A stretch of 64,000 nt of DNA, from positions 737 through 64,736 of the forward strand of contig JBGPOW010000001.1 of the NCBI GenBank assembly GCA_041488235.1, read 5' to 3'. Below are positions 8,766 to 17,656 of the stretch, piece by piece. This DNA comes from Candidatus Binatia bacterium. Its GTDB lineage: Bacteria > Desulfobacterota > Binatia > UTPRO1. The notes under the pieces were generated by a model. It was not told where the DNA came from. It did not search any database and saw nothing but the letters and a program-made list of their open reading frames with translations. Within the stretch, counting starts at the first letter, position 1. Each line of letters opens with the position of its first letter. The position numbers and the translations under genes are program-made.

Positions 8766-10771
8766 CGCGTGATCCTCAGGTTGGACTCCGCGTCGACGAT
8801 CGCGCGCCACCCGGGCGGAATGAGAATCGTCGAGCTGTACTCGAGGAGTAGCGCCGGACCACGGAGGAACGTACCCGGCGGTAGGAGATCGCGGGCGTAG
8901 CGCGGGAACCGCATCCGACGCCGTTGCCACACGACCTTCTCGTGCGAGAGCGGCGCCGACACCGGTCGCCGTCGCATGGGACGCCGAGGTCGAGACGCAA
9001 CGTCGCGCTCGCTGACGGTGACCCGCAGGCCGATCACTTCCACCGGTCGCGCCGGCGACGCATGACCGTAGAAGCGCGCGTGCGCGGCATCGAAGCGGCG
9101 CCGGTAGTCACGAGCAAACGGGATCTCGATCTCGTGCGACTGACCCGCGTACCGTACACGCGCAAAGCCGAAAGCGAGAAGACGGCCCTCGCCAACGCTG
9201 TCGGCGCGGAGCTCCGCCCGCACGCCGGCCGCGAGGGCGTCGAGCCGCCGCGCCAGCGCCGCTGGGTCGGGATCGATCGCGCGCACGGTCTCGACACGGT
9301 CGCGCGCAATGGGGGCCGTCGCCATGCCGAACGCGGAGAGCAGACCCGGGTGGCACGGCACGAGGACGTCGCGGATCGCGAGCTCCGCGGCCAGCTCGCA
9401 CGCATGTACCCCGGCGGCGCCGCCGAACGCGAGCAGCGCGAAGCGCCGCGGATCGTGGCCGCGCTCGACGGAGATGACGCGCAACGCGCGCGCCATCGCC
9501 GCGTTGGCGACGCGCACGATGCCTTCGGCGGCGGCGAGGACGTCGACGCCGAGGCGCTGCGCGACAGTCGCGACGGCGTCGTGCGCGCGGCGGACGTCGA
9601 GCCGCATGCGGCCGCCGAGAAACGATGTCGGATCGAGGCGTCCGAGAACGAGGTTGGCGTCGGTCACCGTCGGCCGCGTCCCGCGCCCGTAGCATGCGGG
9701 ACCGGGATCGGCGCCCGCGCTCTCCGGGCCGACACAGAGCACGCCGCCGGCGTCGACGCGGGCGAGCGAGCCGCCGCCGGCGCCTACGGTATGAATGTCG
9801 ACGACCGGCACTCGCACCGCCATACCGTCCAGCTCCCACTCGCTGCGGCGTGGAACCCCACCGTCGACGAGTGCGACGTCCGTCGACGTTCCTCCCATGT
9901 CGAGGGTGAGGACATGGCGCACGCCGGCGCGTCGTGCCACGCCCGCCGCGCCTACGACCCCTCCCGCGGGACCCGAGAGAACCGTCCGCACGGGCTCCGC
10001 CGCGGCCCGGCGCGGCGCCACTGCGCCACCGTTCGATTGCATGACGAGCAGTCGGCCGCCGCGTTTCGCGGCCGCGAGCCGCGTGAGGTGCCGCGCCATC
10101 AGCGGCGCGACATACGCATTGACGACGGCCGTGCTCGTGCGTTCGTACTCGCGCGGCTCACGGACGAGCGCGTGCGAGAGCGAGATCGGAACGCCGAGCG
10201 CACGCAGCGCCGCTCCGACAGCGCGCTCGTGTCGCGGCGTCGCGTACGCGTGCAACAGCGCTACCGCGATCGCCTGCGGCCGCCGCGCGCGTACGCGGCG
10301 CACCAGCTCGCGCAGCGTGCGTGTCGTCAGCGGAACGGAAATCGTACCGTCGAAGTCGACACGCTCGCGCACCGGAATCCGATCTACGCGCGCGACGAGC
10401 GGCGCCGGACGCCGCGGCTCGAGCGCGTAGAGCTCCGGGCGCGCTTGGCGGCCGATCTCGACGACGTCCTCGAACCCCGCCGTCGCCACGAGGCAGACGC
10501 GCGCGCCACGCCGCTGCAGCAGCGCGTTCGTCGCAACCGTGCTGCCGTACGTGATCCGTCCCGCCCCGCCGTCCGGGAAGAGCTCGGCGAGCCCGGCGAG
10601 AACGGCACGCGCCGGGTCGTCGGGTGTCGATAATACCTTGTGGACGAACACCCGTCCTCCACGCCGGACGACGAAGTCGGTGAACGTGCCGCCGGTGTCG
10701 ATTCCTGTTCGCGCCCGTGCGCGCGGCGGCTGCGCCGCCGTGCTCCGATGCGCGTCGGCCCGCGAAGTCAA
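8762..10771 (-). CDS. hyuA: Hydantoinase/oxoprolinase (HyuA) family protein
   Basis: GIDTGGTFTDFV near the N-terminus, 669 aa. TTG start, with GGGGAGG about 9 nt upstream. Confidence 0.85.
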   Translation of the reverse strand: MTSRADAHRSTAAQPPRARARTGIDTGGTFTDFVVRRGGRVFVHKVLSTPDDPARAVLAGLAELFPDGGAGRITYGSTVATNALLQRRGARVCLVATAGFEDVVEIGRQARPELYALEPRRPAPLVARVDRIPVRERVDFDGTISVPLTTRTLRELVRRVRARRPQAIAVALLHAYATPRHERAVGAALRALGVPISLSHALVREPREYERTSTAVVNAYVAPLMARHLTRLAAAKRGGRLLVMQSNGGAVAPRRAAAEPVRTVLSGPAGGVVGAAGVARRAGVRHVLTLDMGGTSTDVALVDGGVPRRSEWELDGMAVRVPVVDIHTVGAGGGSLARVDAGGVLCVGPESAGADPGPACYGRGTRPTVTDANLVLGRLDPTSFLGGRMRLDVRRAHDAVATVAQRLGVDVLAAAEGIVRVANAAMARALRVISVERGHDPRRFALLAFGGAAGVHACELAAELAIRDVLVPCHPGLLSAFGMATAPIARDRVETVRAIDPDPAALARRLDALAAGVRAELRADSVGEGRLLAFGFARVRYAGQSHEIEIPFARDYRRRFDAAHARFYGHASPARPVEVIGLRVTVSERDVASRPRRPMRRRPVSAPLSHEKVVWQRRRMRFPRYARDLLPPGTFLRGPALLLEYSSTILIPPGWRAIVDAESNLRITR

Positions 10772-10908
10772 TTCGCGGGCCTCCCCTGTTCGCGCCCGTG
10801 CACGTCTTGTTTGCGGCCGTGCACGCGGTACGGGGCGAGCAAAAAAAGACCCCGGGAGCTCTCGGCTCGCGGGGTCTCTTGGGAACGACGATTCGGGTCG
10901 ACGGCGCG

Positions 10909-11262
10909 TCAGGCGGCGGCGGCTTTCGCGCTGCCGTTCTTCGACTTGCTGGTGCTCGTCGTTTTCGTTTCCGCGGATTTCGTCTCTGTCGATTTCGTCT
11001 CTCCGGATTTCGTCTCTCCGGATTTGGCTGCGCCTTCATCCGTCTTGGTGCTCGATGGTCCTTTGCTCTCGCTGCCGGAGCTGCCCTTGCGCGCGTAATC
11101 GGTGACGTACCAGCCGCTTCCTTTCAGCTGGAACGACGTCGACGAGATGAGCTTCGTCACCTTGCGGCGACACGTCGGACACGTAGTGAGCGGCTTGTCG
11201 CTCATCTTCTGCATGGTCTCGAAGTCGCCGCACTTCCCACAGCGGTACTCGTAAATAGGCAT
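10909..11262 (-). CDS. FmdB-family zinc ribbon protein with a low-complexity repeat tail
   Basis: [15 protein letters not shown]...CPTCRRKV (CxxC...CxxC). The C-terminus carries [15 protein letters not shown] repeats. Confidence 0.7.
   Translation of the reverse strand: MPIYEYRCGKCGDFETMQKMSDKPLTTCPTCRRKVTKLISSTSFQLKGSGWYVTDYARKGSSGSESKGPSSTKTDEGAAKSGETKSGETKSTETKSAETKTTSTSKSKNGSAKAAAA
10975..11035. repeat. Tandem 15-bp repeat (about 3.5 units of GGATTTCGTCTCTnn) inside the FmdB gene
   Basis: The repeat is visible directly as gcggatttcgtctct gtcgatttcgtctct ccggatttcgtctct ccggatttgg. It encodes the pentapeptide repeats. Confidence 0.6.
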
Positions 11263-11311
11263 AATTTCTCCGGATTCGCTCCGTCAGAACTAGCCATGCC
11301 TCCGCGATTTG

Positions 11312-11611
11312 TCAACGCGGGAAACGACTTCTTGCAAACCGCGCGTCAATCTCCGCAGCCGACGCGCCCTCGACCGCAACCACCTTGTCGCGACCGCGCT
11401 CACCACGCAGCAGCGCGAACGCGCGTTTCGGCAATCCGAGGCGGTCCGCCAAGAGCGCTACGAGCGCGCGGTTCGCGGCACCGTCGACGGGCGGCGCGGT
11501 CAGATGCGCGCGCCAGCCGCCCGCCGCATCACGCGTCAGCGCATCGCGCGCAGCCCGCGGCACGACGCGCACGTACAGAACGGTGCGGTTCGTGTCGCCG
11601 GCCGGCTTCAT
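11312..11611 (-). CDS. DUF167 (YggU/UPF0235) family protein
   Basis: Internal ATG at 11611 gives MKPAGDTNRTVLYVRVVPRAARDAL...GAANRALVALLADRLGLPKRAFALLRGERGRDKVV, the YggU pattern. The start overlaps the yggT stop. Confidence 0.7.
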   Translation of the reverse strand: MKPAGDTNRTVLYVRVVPRAARDALTRDAAGGWRAHLTAPPVDGAANRALVALLADRLGLPKRAFALLRGERGRDKVVAVEGASAAEIDARFARSRFPR

Positions 11612-11907
11612 CGCAGCCGCATTGCCAGGTCGACGAGGCTCTGCACCAAGAAGATCTGCAGAAAGTAGATGCCCGCGAACACGACGAGCGGCGAGAAGTC
11701 GATGCCGCCGCCGAAGACCGGCAGCGAGCGCCGGATCCGGTACAAGAGCGGCTCGGTCATGTTGATGATCGCGCGCACGATCGGATTGTAGGGATCGGCG
11801 CTCACCCACGAAATGACGATGCGGGCGATCAGCACCCACATGTAGAACCACAGCACCATGTCGAGGACCTTGGCGATCCCGAGCAGCAGATTTGCGGCGA
11901 CGAACAT
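11608..11907 (-). CDS. YggT family membrane protein
   Basis: MFVAANLLLGIAKVLDMVLWFYMWVLIARIVISWVSADPYNPIVRAI...LVVFAGIYFLQIF is the YggT/Ycf19 pattern. Confidence 0.7.
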   Translation of the reverse strand: MFVAANLLLGIAKVLDMVLWFYMWVLIARIVISWVSADPYNPIVRAIINMTEPLLYRIRRSLPVFGGGIDFSPLVVFAGIYFLQIFLVQSLVDLAMRLR

Positions 11908-11932
11908 GCCCCCTCCGTTTCTCGATCCGCGC

Positions 11933-12736
11933 TCAGCGGCCGAGCTCACGCGAGCGTCGCGTCGCGGCCCGGACGCCGTCGGCGACGACGGTCGCGAATG
12001 CCCGCGCTTCGAGCGCCTGCAGCCCCGCCAGCGTCGTTCCGCCCGGTGACGTGACCATCGCCCGCAGCTCCTCGGGCGAGCGCCCGGTTTCTTGCAACAT
12101 CATCGCGGCGCCGCGGATCGTCTGGTAGGCGAGCTGCCTCGCGGTGCGCTCCGGCAGCCCTTCAGCGACGGCGCCTTCGATCAGTCCTTCCGCGAACCGG
12201 TACACGTAGGCAGGACCACTTCCGGAAAGTCCAGTCACCGCATCCATCAACGCCTCGTCCCTAACACGTACCACGTCGCCCACTCCACCGAAGAGGACGG
12301 TCGCAACGCGCTCGTCGGCGGCAGTTGCCTTCTTTCCGCGCACCACGACGGTGATGCCGGCGCCGACGAGCGCCGGCGTGTTCGGCATGGCACGGACGAC
12401 GCGCGCGCGTCCGCCGAGCCCCGCTTCGAGGCGCGCCGTCGGCACGCCGGCCGCGATCGACACGAACAGTTGCCGGCGTACGTGCGGCCGGATCTCCGCG
12501 AGCACCGCGTCCATCACCTGCGGCTTCACCGCAAGCACGATGACGGCCGTGTCGGCAACGAGCGTCGAGTTGTCGACAGCGGTACCGATCCCGTACGCGC
12601 GCGCCAGTCGGCGGCACTGTCGTGGCTCGGCGTCGGACGCCCAAACGTCTCGGGCGCGATAGCGCTTCGTATCGAGCAAGCCGCGCACGAGCGCGCCGGC
12701 CATGTTGCCGGCGCCGATGAACCCAAGCTTCTTCAT
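11933..12736 (-). CDS. proC: Pyrroline-5-carboxylate reductase
   Basis: MKKLGFIGAGNMAGALVRGLL... matches full-length ProC. Confidence 0.9.
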   Translation of the reverse strand: MKKLGFIGAGNMAGALVRGLLDTKRYRARDVWASDAEPRQCRRLARAYGIGTAVDNSTLVADTAVIVLAVKPQVMDAVLAEIRPHVRRQLFVSIAAGVPTARLEAGLGGRARVVRAMPNTPALVGAGITVVVRGKKATAADERVATVLFGGVGDVVRVRDEALMDAVTGLSGSGPAYVYRFAEGLIEGAVAEGLPERTARQLAYQTIRGAAMMLQETGRSPEELRAMVTSPGGTTLAGLQALEARAFATVVADGVRAATRRSRELGR

Positions 12737-13416
12737 GCACCCTCCTTCGGCGGCCGCGGCCCGAAGATCGCCGTGCCGACGCGTACGAGCGTCGCGCCCT
12801 CTTCGATTGCGACCTCGAAATCGGCGCTCATCCCCATCGACAGATGTGACAACTGCCGCGCGTCCTCCTGCCGGTTTCGCAGCTCGCGAAGCGCAGCGAA
12901 GAGCGGGCGGACCGCCTCGGGCGGGAGCGGTGGCGGAATCGTCATCAGCCCCACGACGCGCAGCGCGGAAAGCCGCCGCGTCGAGTCGAGGAGGGGGGGC
13001 AGGTCGGCGGGCGCGATGCCGCTCTTCGTCGCCTCCGTGGCGACGTTCACCTGCAAAAGCACAGGCAACGGCTCCCCGCGGCGCCGAGCGGCGGCGTCGA
13101 GCGCGGCCGCGATACGCTCGTCGGCGACCGAGTGCACGAGACGGAACTCAGCGATCGCCGCCGCCTTGTTGCGCTGCGCACGGCCGATGAAATGCCACGT
13201 GACTGCGGCGACGTCCGCCACCGCCGCGCGTTTCGTCTCCCATTCCTGAACGTAATTCTCTCCGAAATCGCGCGCGCCCGCGTCGGCGGCGGCGCGCACC
13301 GCCGCCGCAGCCATCCCCTTGCTCACGGCGACCAGCGTCACCTCGGTCGAATCACGTCGTGCGCGGCGGCACGCGTCGGCGACGCGATCGCGGACCGCGC
13401 GGTAATTCACGGTCAC
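12733..13416 (-). CDS. YggS-family pyridoxal phosphate homeostasis protein
   Basis: VAVSKGMAAAAVRAAADAGARDFGENYVQE...HFIGRAQRNKA...MGMSADF matches TIGR00044. A GTG start at 13416 overlaps the maf stop (GTGA). The upstream part of the track ORF is antisense junk. Confidence 0.8.
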   Translation of the reverse strand: MTVNYRAVRDRVADACRRARRDSTEVTLVAVSKGMAAAAVRAAADAGARDFGENYVQEWETKRAAVADVAAVTWHFIGRAQRNKAAAIAEFRLVHSVADERIAAALDAAARRRGEPLPVLLQVNVATEATKSGIAPADLPPLLDSTRRLSALRVVGLMTIPPPLPPEAVRPLFAALRELRNRQEDARQLSHLSMGMSADFEVAIEEGATLVRVGTAIFGPRPPKEGA

Positions 13417-13997
13417 ATCAAGCGGTGCGCGCGCAGCCACGTGGCGACCTCCGGGAGCGGCAGCCCGATGACGTTGGTGTACGAGCCCACGACGCGGTCG
13501 ATGAGGTGCGCGCCGTCGCCTTGGATCGCGTACGCTCCGGCCTTGCCGAGCGGCTCGCCGGTCGCGACGTACGCCGCGATGGCGGCGGCATCGAGCGGTC
13601 GAAACGAGACCTCGGTCGCGACCACGGCATTTTCGGCGGTGGCGCCGCTCGGCGCGAGCAACGCGACCGCCGTCCGCACGACGTGCGCACGGCCCGCGAG
13701 GCGCGCCAGCATCACGGCGGCGTCCGCGCCGTCGAGCGGCTTGCCGAAGATCGTGCCGTCGAGCTCGACGATCGTGTCGGCGCCGAGCACCCATTCCGGG
13801 CGAAGGCGAGAGGCGGCGCGCGCCTTCTCGTCCGCCATGCGCCGCGCAAACGCGACGGGCTCCTCGCCGGCGTGCGGGCGCTCGTCGACGTCGACCGGCA
13901 GCACGGTGAACGAGACGCCGAGCGCGGCGAGGAGGTGGCGGCGGCGTGGCGACGCCGAGGCGAGAATGAGTGACGCCGCGGCCGCAAACTCCGCCAT
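13413..13997 (-). CDS. maf: Maf-like nucleoside triphosphate pyrophosphatase
   Basis: LILASASPRRRHLLAALG...GADTIVELDGTIFGKP...GKAGAYAIQG. ATG at 13997. Confidence 0.85.
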   Translation of the reverse strand: MAEFAAAASLILASASPRRRHLLAALGVSFTVLPVDVDERPHAGEEPVAFARRMADEKARAASRLRPEWVLGADTIVELDGTIFGKPLDGADAAVMLARLAGRAHVVRTAVALLAPSGATAENAVVATEVSFRPLDAAAIAAYVATGEPLGKAGAYAIQGDGAHLIDRVVGSYTNVIGLPLPEVATWLRAHRLM

Positions 13998-14068
13998 CGG
14001 CGGTTCGTGCCGCACGCACCTCGAGGAGTCAAGTTGGCGGTCGGACGGACGCGTGGTAGCCGAAGACG

Positions 14069-16150
14069 ATGCGCCGACGCCGCGTGACCGCGCTCGCCGT
14101 CGCGTTGCTCGTGGCGTTCTGCCCCGGCTGCGTGCGCGAGCGCGCGACGGTTCCGGCGCCGACGGTCGTCCGCGAGACACCCGCGTCCGCAGCCGAGCCG
14201 CGCCTGCGCTTCGCCGAGGCGATGGCGCGCGTCGAGCGCGGCGACGACGCGAGCGCGCGCCCGATTTTTGCCGAGCTGCTGCGCACGTACCCCGAGCTGG
14301 AGGACTACCATCTCGCCAACCTCGCGGCGATCGACGAGCGCGCCGGGCGCTTCGCGGACGCGGCGGCGCTGATCGATCGTCTGCTCGTCGCGCATCCGGC
14401 GAGCGTGTGGGTCGCGCGCGGGCTCGTGCGGCGCGCCCGCGTCGCGGCCGCGCTCGGCGACGCCGATCCGGACGCGTACGTCGCGCGCGCCCTCGAGACA
14501 CCGCACCTGGATGATGCGACGCGTGCCGGCGCGCTTCTCGTGCGAGCCGATTTGCGAGCGCCACTCGCGCCGCGCGAAGCGCTCGCGCTGTATCACGAGG
14601 TGCGGCGAACGCCGGGTGCGAGCGCGACTGCCGCCCGCGCTCGCAGCGACGCCCTCCTCGCCGCCCATCCCGAGCTCCTCGAGGATCCGGCGTTGCTCCT
14701 CGCGGAAGGCACGCAGCTCCTGAGCGAAGCGCGACTGGACGCCGCAGCGGCACGTCTCGAAGCTGCGTCGGGAGCCGGCGTCGACCGCGGCGACCGCGCC
14801 GCGGCGCTGCGGGCACTGGCGCGTGTCCGTCAGCGACAGGGCCGGCTCGCGGACGCGATCGATACGTACCGCGCGGCCGCGGACGTCGAGCCCGCACCCG
14901 CGGTGCTCGCGCGCTACGATCTCGCGACGCTCCTCTGGAATCGCGACCGCGACGCCGAGGCGGAGGCCATCTTCACCGCGATCGCTCACGAGGCGCCGCG
15001 CAGCTCGAAGGCGGATGACGTGCAGTATGCGCTCGGCAGAATCGCCGAGCAGCAGGGACGCGCCGCCGAGGCCGATGCCCACTACCGTCGTGTGATCGCA
15101 ACCGGCGCGGACACGGCGCTCATCCGCGAGGCGCGCTGGCGGATCGCCTGGCAAGCGTACGACGGCCGCCGGTTCGGGGACGCGATCGCCGCGTTCGCCG
15201 GCGTCGCCGCTGCGAGCGCACGCGACCGTCCCGCTGCGCTCTACTGGCAAGGACGCATCCGCGAGCTGCGCGACGGCGCGGATGCGGGACGGGCCGCCTA
15301 CCGGACGGTCCTCGCGGAGGCGCCGGATAGCTACTACGCCGAGCTCAGCGAGAATCGTCTGCTCGAGTCGGCACCGCCGGCGGATCCCGCGGAGCCGATC
15401 ACCGGCGCGCCTCCCGAGTCGCTCACCGAGCACACATATCATTGGAGTCGCAGCGGCGAGCTGCACGCGATCGGTTTCGATCGCGCCGCCGCCGGCGAGC
15501 TTGCCGCGATCGCGAACGAGCCGGGGCTCGCAAGCGAGGCCGAGGCCTTCCTCCTCGAGGCGTACCGTGAGATCGACGCACATCACCGCGCGCTCCGTCT
15601 CGCCACGCGGCTCGCCGCGAGCGAGCACGTCCCGAGCGCTGTACTCTCCGCGTACCTGTATCCACGCGCGTACTGGCCGCTCGTCAGTGACGCGGCGGAA
15701 GCGGCGCGGCTCGACCCCTTGCTGGTTCTCGCACTGATGCGCCAGGAGAGTACGTTCGACCCCGAGGCGGTTTCTCCTGCCGCGGCGTACGGCCTCATGC
15801 AGCTCATCGTCCCGACGGCGGAGCAGGTCGGCGGTACGACCGTCACCGCCGCCGAGCTCACGGATCCGCCGAGGAACATCGAGCTCGGAACCCGCTATCT
15901 GCGCCGACTCCTCGATCGCTACGACGGCGACGTGGCGAAGGCGCTCGCCGCATACAACGGTGGAGAGGACGCCGTCGCGAAGTGGGACGCGCGGTCGCCG
16001 GGGAGCGCGAGCGACGAGTTCGTCGAGCGGATCAGTTTTCGCGAGACGCGCGCGTACGTGAAGGCGGTGCTGGGGAACTACCGCCGCTATCGGCGCCTCT
16101 ACGGCGCGCCCGGAGAGCAGCGCGCCGCGTGGGACGGTGTCACGCCGTAG
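14069..16150 (+). CDS. slt: Lytic murein transglycosylase (Slt-type) with an N-terminal TPR/superhelical region and lipoprotein signal
   Basis: The C-terminal SLT domain reads ESTFDPEAVSPAAAYGLMQLIVPTA...AYNGG. N-terminal signal peptide with AFCPGC. The long antisense ORF 13712..16174 is rejected. Confidence 0.8.
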   Translation: MRRRRVTALAVALLVAFCPGCVRERATVPAPTVVRETPASAAEPRLRFAEAMARVERGDDASARPIFAELLRTYPELEDYHLANLAAIDERAGRFADAAALIDRLLVAHPASVWVARGLVRRARVAAALGDADPDAYVARALETPHLDDATRAGALLVRADLRAPLAPREALALYHEVRRTPGASATAARARSDALLAAHPELLEDPALLLAEGTQLLSEARLDAAAARLEAASGAGVDRGDRAAALRALARVRQRQGRLADAIDTYRAAADVEPAPAVLARYDLATLLWNRDRDAEAEAIFTAIAHEAPRSSKADDVQYALGRIAEQQGRAAEADAHYRRVIATGADTALIREARWRIAWQAYDGRRFGDAIAAFAGVAAASARDRPAALYWQGRIRELRDGADAGRAAYRTVLAEAPDSYYAELSENRLLESAPPADPAEPITGAPPESLTEHTYHWSRSGELHAIGFDRAAAGELAAIANEPGLASEAEAFLLEAYREIDAHHRALRLATRLAASEHVPSAVLSAYLYPRAYWPLVSDAAEAARLDPLLVLALMRQESTFDPEAVSPAAAYGLMQLIVPTAEQVGGTTVTAAELTDPPRNIELGTRYLRRLLDRYDGDVAKALAAYNGGEDAVAKWDARSPGSASDEFVERISFRETRAYVKAVLGNYRRYRRLYGAPGEQRAAWDGVTP

Positions 16151-16201
16151 CTCGGTCGGGAATGCCTGACGCATCCTCGCCGGACGCCTCGCCGCCGAGA
16201 C

Positions 16202-17656
16202 TCACGCTACCGGATCGAGCGCGAGCGCGGCGACGAGCTTGCCGGCGAGGCCGCCGAAGCCGCCGTTCGACATCAGCACGATGACGTCGCCGGGACGCGC
16301 CTCGCTCGTGACAAGCGCGCAGATGTCGTCCACCTGCTCGCACGTCTCGGCGCGGCGACCGGCGTCGACGAGCGCCCGGGCGATCTCCGGCGTCGACAGC
16401 CGCTCGGACTCGGGAAGCTCGTCGCGTCGATGGACGGCCGCGAACGTGACCCGATCGGCGGCACGGAACGCGGCGGTGAATGCGTCTTGGAACACTTTCC
16501 GCCGCGTCGTGTTCGAGCGCGGCTCGAAGAGCGCCCAGAGACGGCGCTCGGGATAGCGGGCGCGCAGCGCCGCGAGCGTTCCCGCGACGGCAGTCGGGTG
16601 GTGCGCGAAGTCGTCGATCAGCACCACGCCGCGCCCGGTGCCGATCACCTCTTGGCGGCGCCGGACACCACGAAAGCGCGCGATCGCGTCGAGCGCGCCG
16701 GCCTCGGCGACGCCGATCGCAGCGGCGAGCGCGAGGACGCCGAGCGCGTTGGCGACGTTCATCGCGCCGGGCCCGGGGCAGCGGCCGTCGAGGCGGCGGC
16801 GATCGGGCGTGACGACGGTGAAGCGCGTCGCGTCGCCGGTGTCTGCGATGCTCTCCACGCGCCACGACGCGTCGGCGGCCGCGCCGAACGTGATCGCGTC
16901 GCGTCCGCTTGCGGCGACGACCGCGCGCGCCTCGGGGAAATCCGCGCTCACGACAACGGGCAACGTCGCCGCCGTTCGCCGCAAGAGTTCCGTGAACGCC
17001 TGCTTCACGTGCGCGAGGTCGCGGTAGATGTCGGCGTGATCGAACTCGACAGCCGTCAGCAGCAGCGCGTCGGGCGCGTAGTGCAGGAACTTCGGTCCTT
17101 TGTCGAAGAACGCGGTGTCGTATTCGTCGCCCTCGGTGACGAACCACGGCCCGCGGCCGACGCGGAAGTTGTAGGGGAAGTTCTTGGCGGCGCCGCCGAT
17201 CATGAATCCCGGGTCGCCGCCGATCTCGTGCAGCACCCAGGCGAGGAGCGCGCTCGACGTGGTCTTGCCGTGCGTGCCGGTCACGACCGCGCGCCGCCGT
17301 GCGCCCATGAAGAACCGCATGAGCGCCTCCGGCATCGAGCAGTACGGGATCCCGGCCGCGAGCATCGCTTCGACCTCGGGATTGCCGCGCGACATGGCGT
17401 TGCCGACGACGACGAGGTCGGGCGCCGGGCTCAGGTTCTCGGCGCGAAATCCTTCCATCACCGGGATGCCGAGCGACGCGAGGATCGTGCTCATCGGCGG
17501 GTAGATGCCGGCGTCGGAGCCGGTCACGTGGTAGCCGGCCTCGCGAAACAGGCCCGCGAGCGATGCCATGCCGACGCCGGCGATCGCCGTCAAATGGACG
17601 TGCCGCGGCGACGCCGGCAGCTCAGGACGCGGTGGCGGCGCGGAAGATGAGGTCAT
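16202..17656 (-). CDS. mpl: UDP-N-acetylmuramate:L-alanyl-gamma-D-glutamyl-meso-diaminopimelate ligase
   Basis: Mur ligase pattern LTAIAGVGMASLAGL...VVTGTHGKTTSSALLAWVL...DDFAHHPTAV. The start may instead be the GTG at about 17599. Confidence 0.85.
   Translation of the reverse strand: MTSSSAPPPRPELPASPRHVHLTAIAGVGMASLAGLFREAGYHVTGSDAGIYPPMSTILASLGIPVMEGFRAENLSPAPDLVVVGNAMSRGNPEVEAMLAAGIPYCSMPEALMRFFMGARRRAVVTGTHGKTTSSALLAWVLHEIGGDPGFMIGGAAKNFPYNFRVGRGPWFVTEGDEYDTAFFDKGPKFLHYAPDALLLTAVEFDHADIYRDLAHVKQAFTELLRRTAATLPVVVSADFPEARAVVAASGRDAITFGAAADASWRVESIADTGDATRFTVVTPDRRRLDGRCPGPGAMNVANALGVLALAAAIGVAEAGALDAIARFRGVRRRQEVIGTGRGVVLIDDFAHHPTAVAGTLAALRARYPERRLWALFEPRSNTTRRKVFQDAFTAAFRAADRVTFAAVHRRDELPESERLSTPEIARALVDAGRRAETCEQVDDICALVTSEARPGDVIVLMSNGGFGGLAGKLVAALALDPVA

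Noticed and set aside
7324-10633. ORFs 7324..8631 (-), 7746..8633 (+), 8924..10633 (+) and 9108..9839 (-) across hyuA/hyuB
   Set aside because: Low-complexity Arg/Gly-rich translations. The hyuA/hyuB frames have canonical family motifs and coupled start/stop.
13712-16174. 820-aa minus-strand ORF opposite slt
   Set aside because: No domain signature. The plus strand encodes a clear SLT domain with signal peptide.
16430-17650. 406-aa plus-strand ORF opposite mpl
   Set aside because: Arg/Asp-rich antisense translation. Mpl motifs are on the minus strand.
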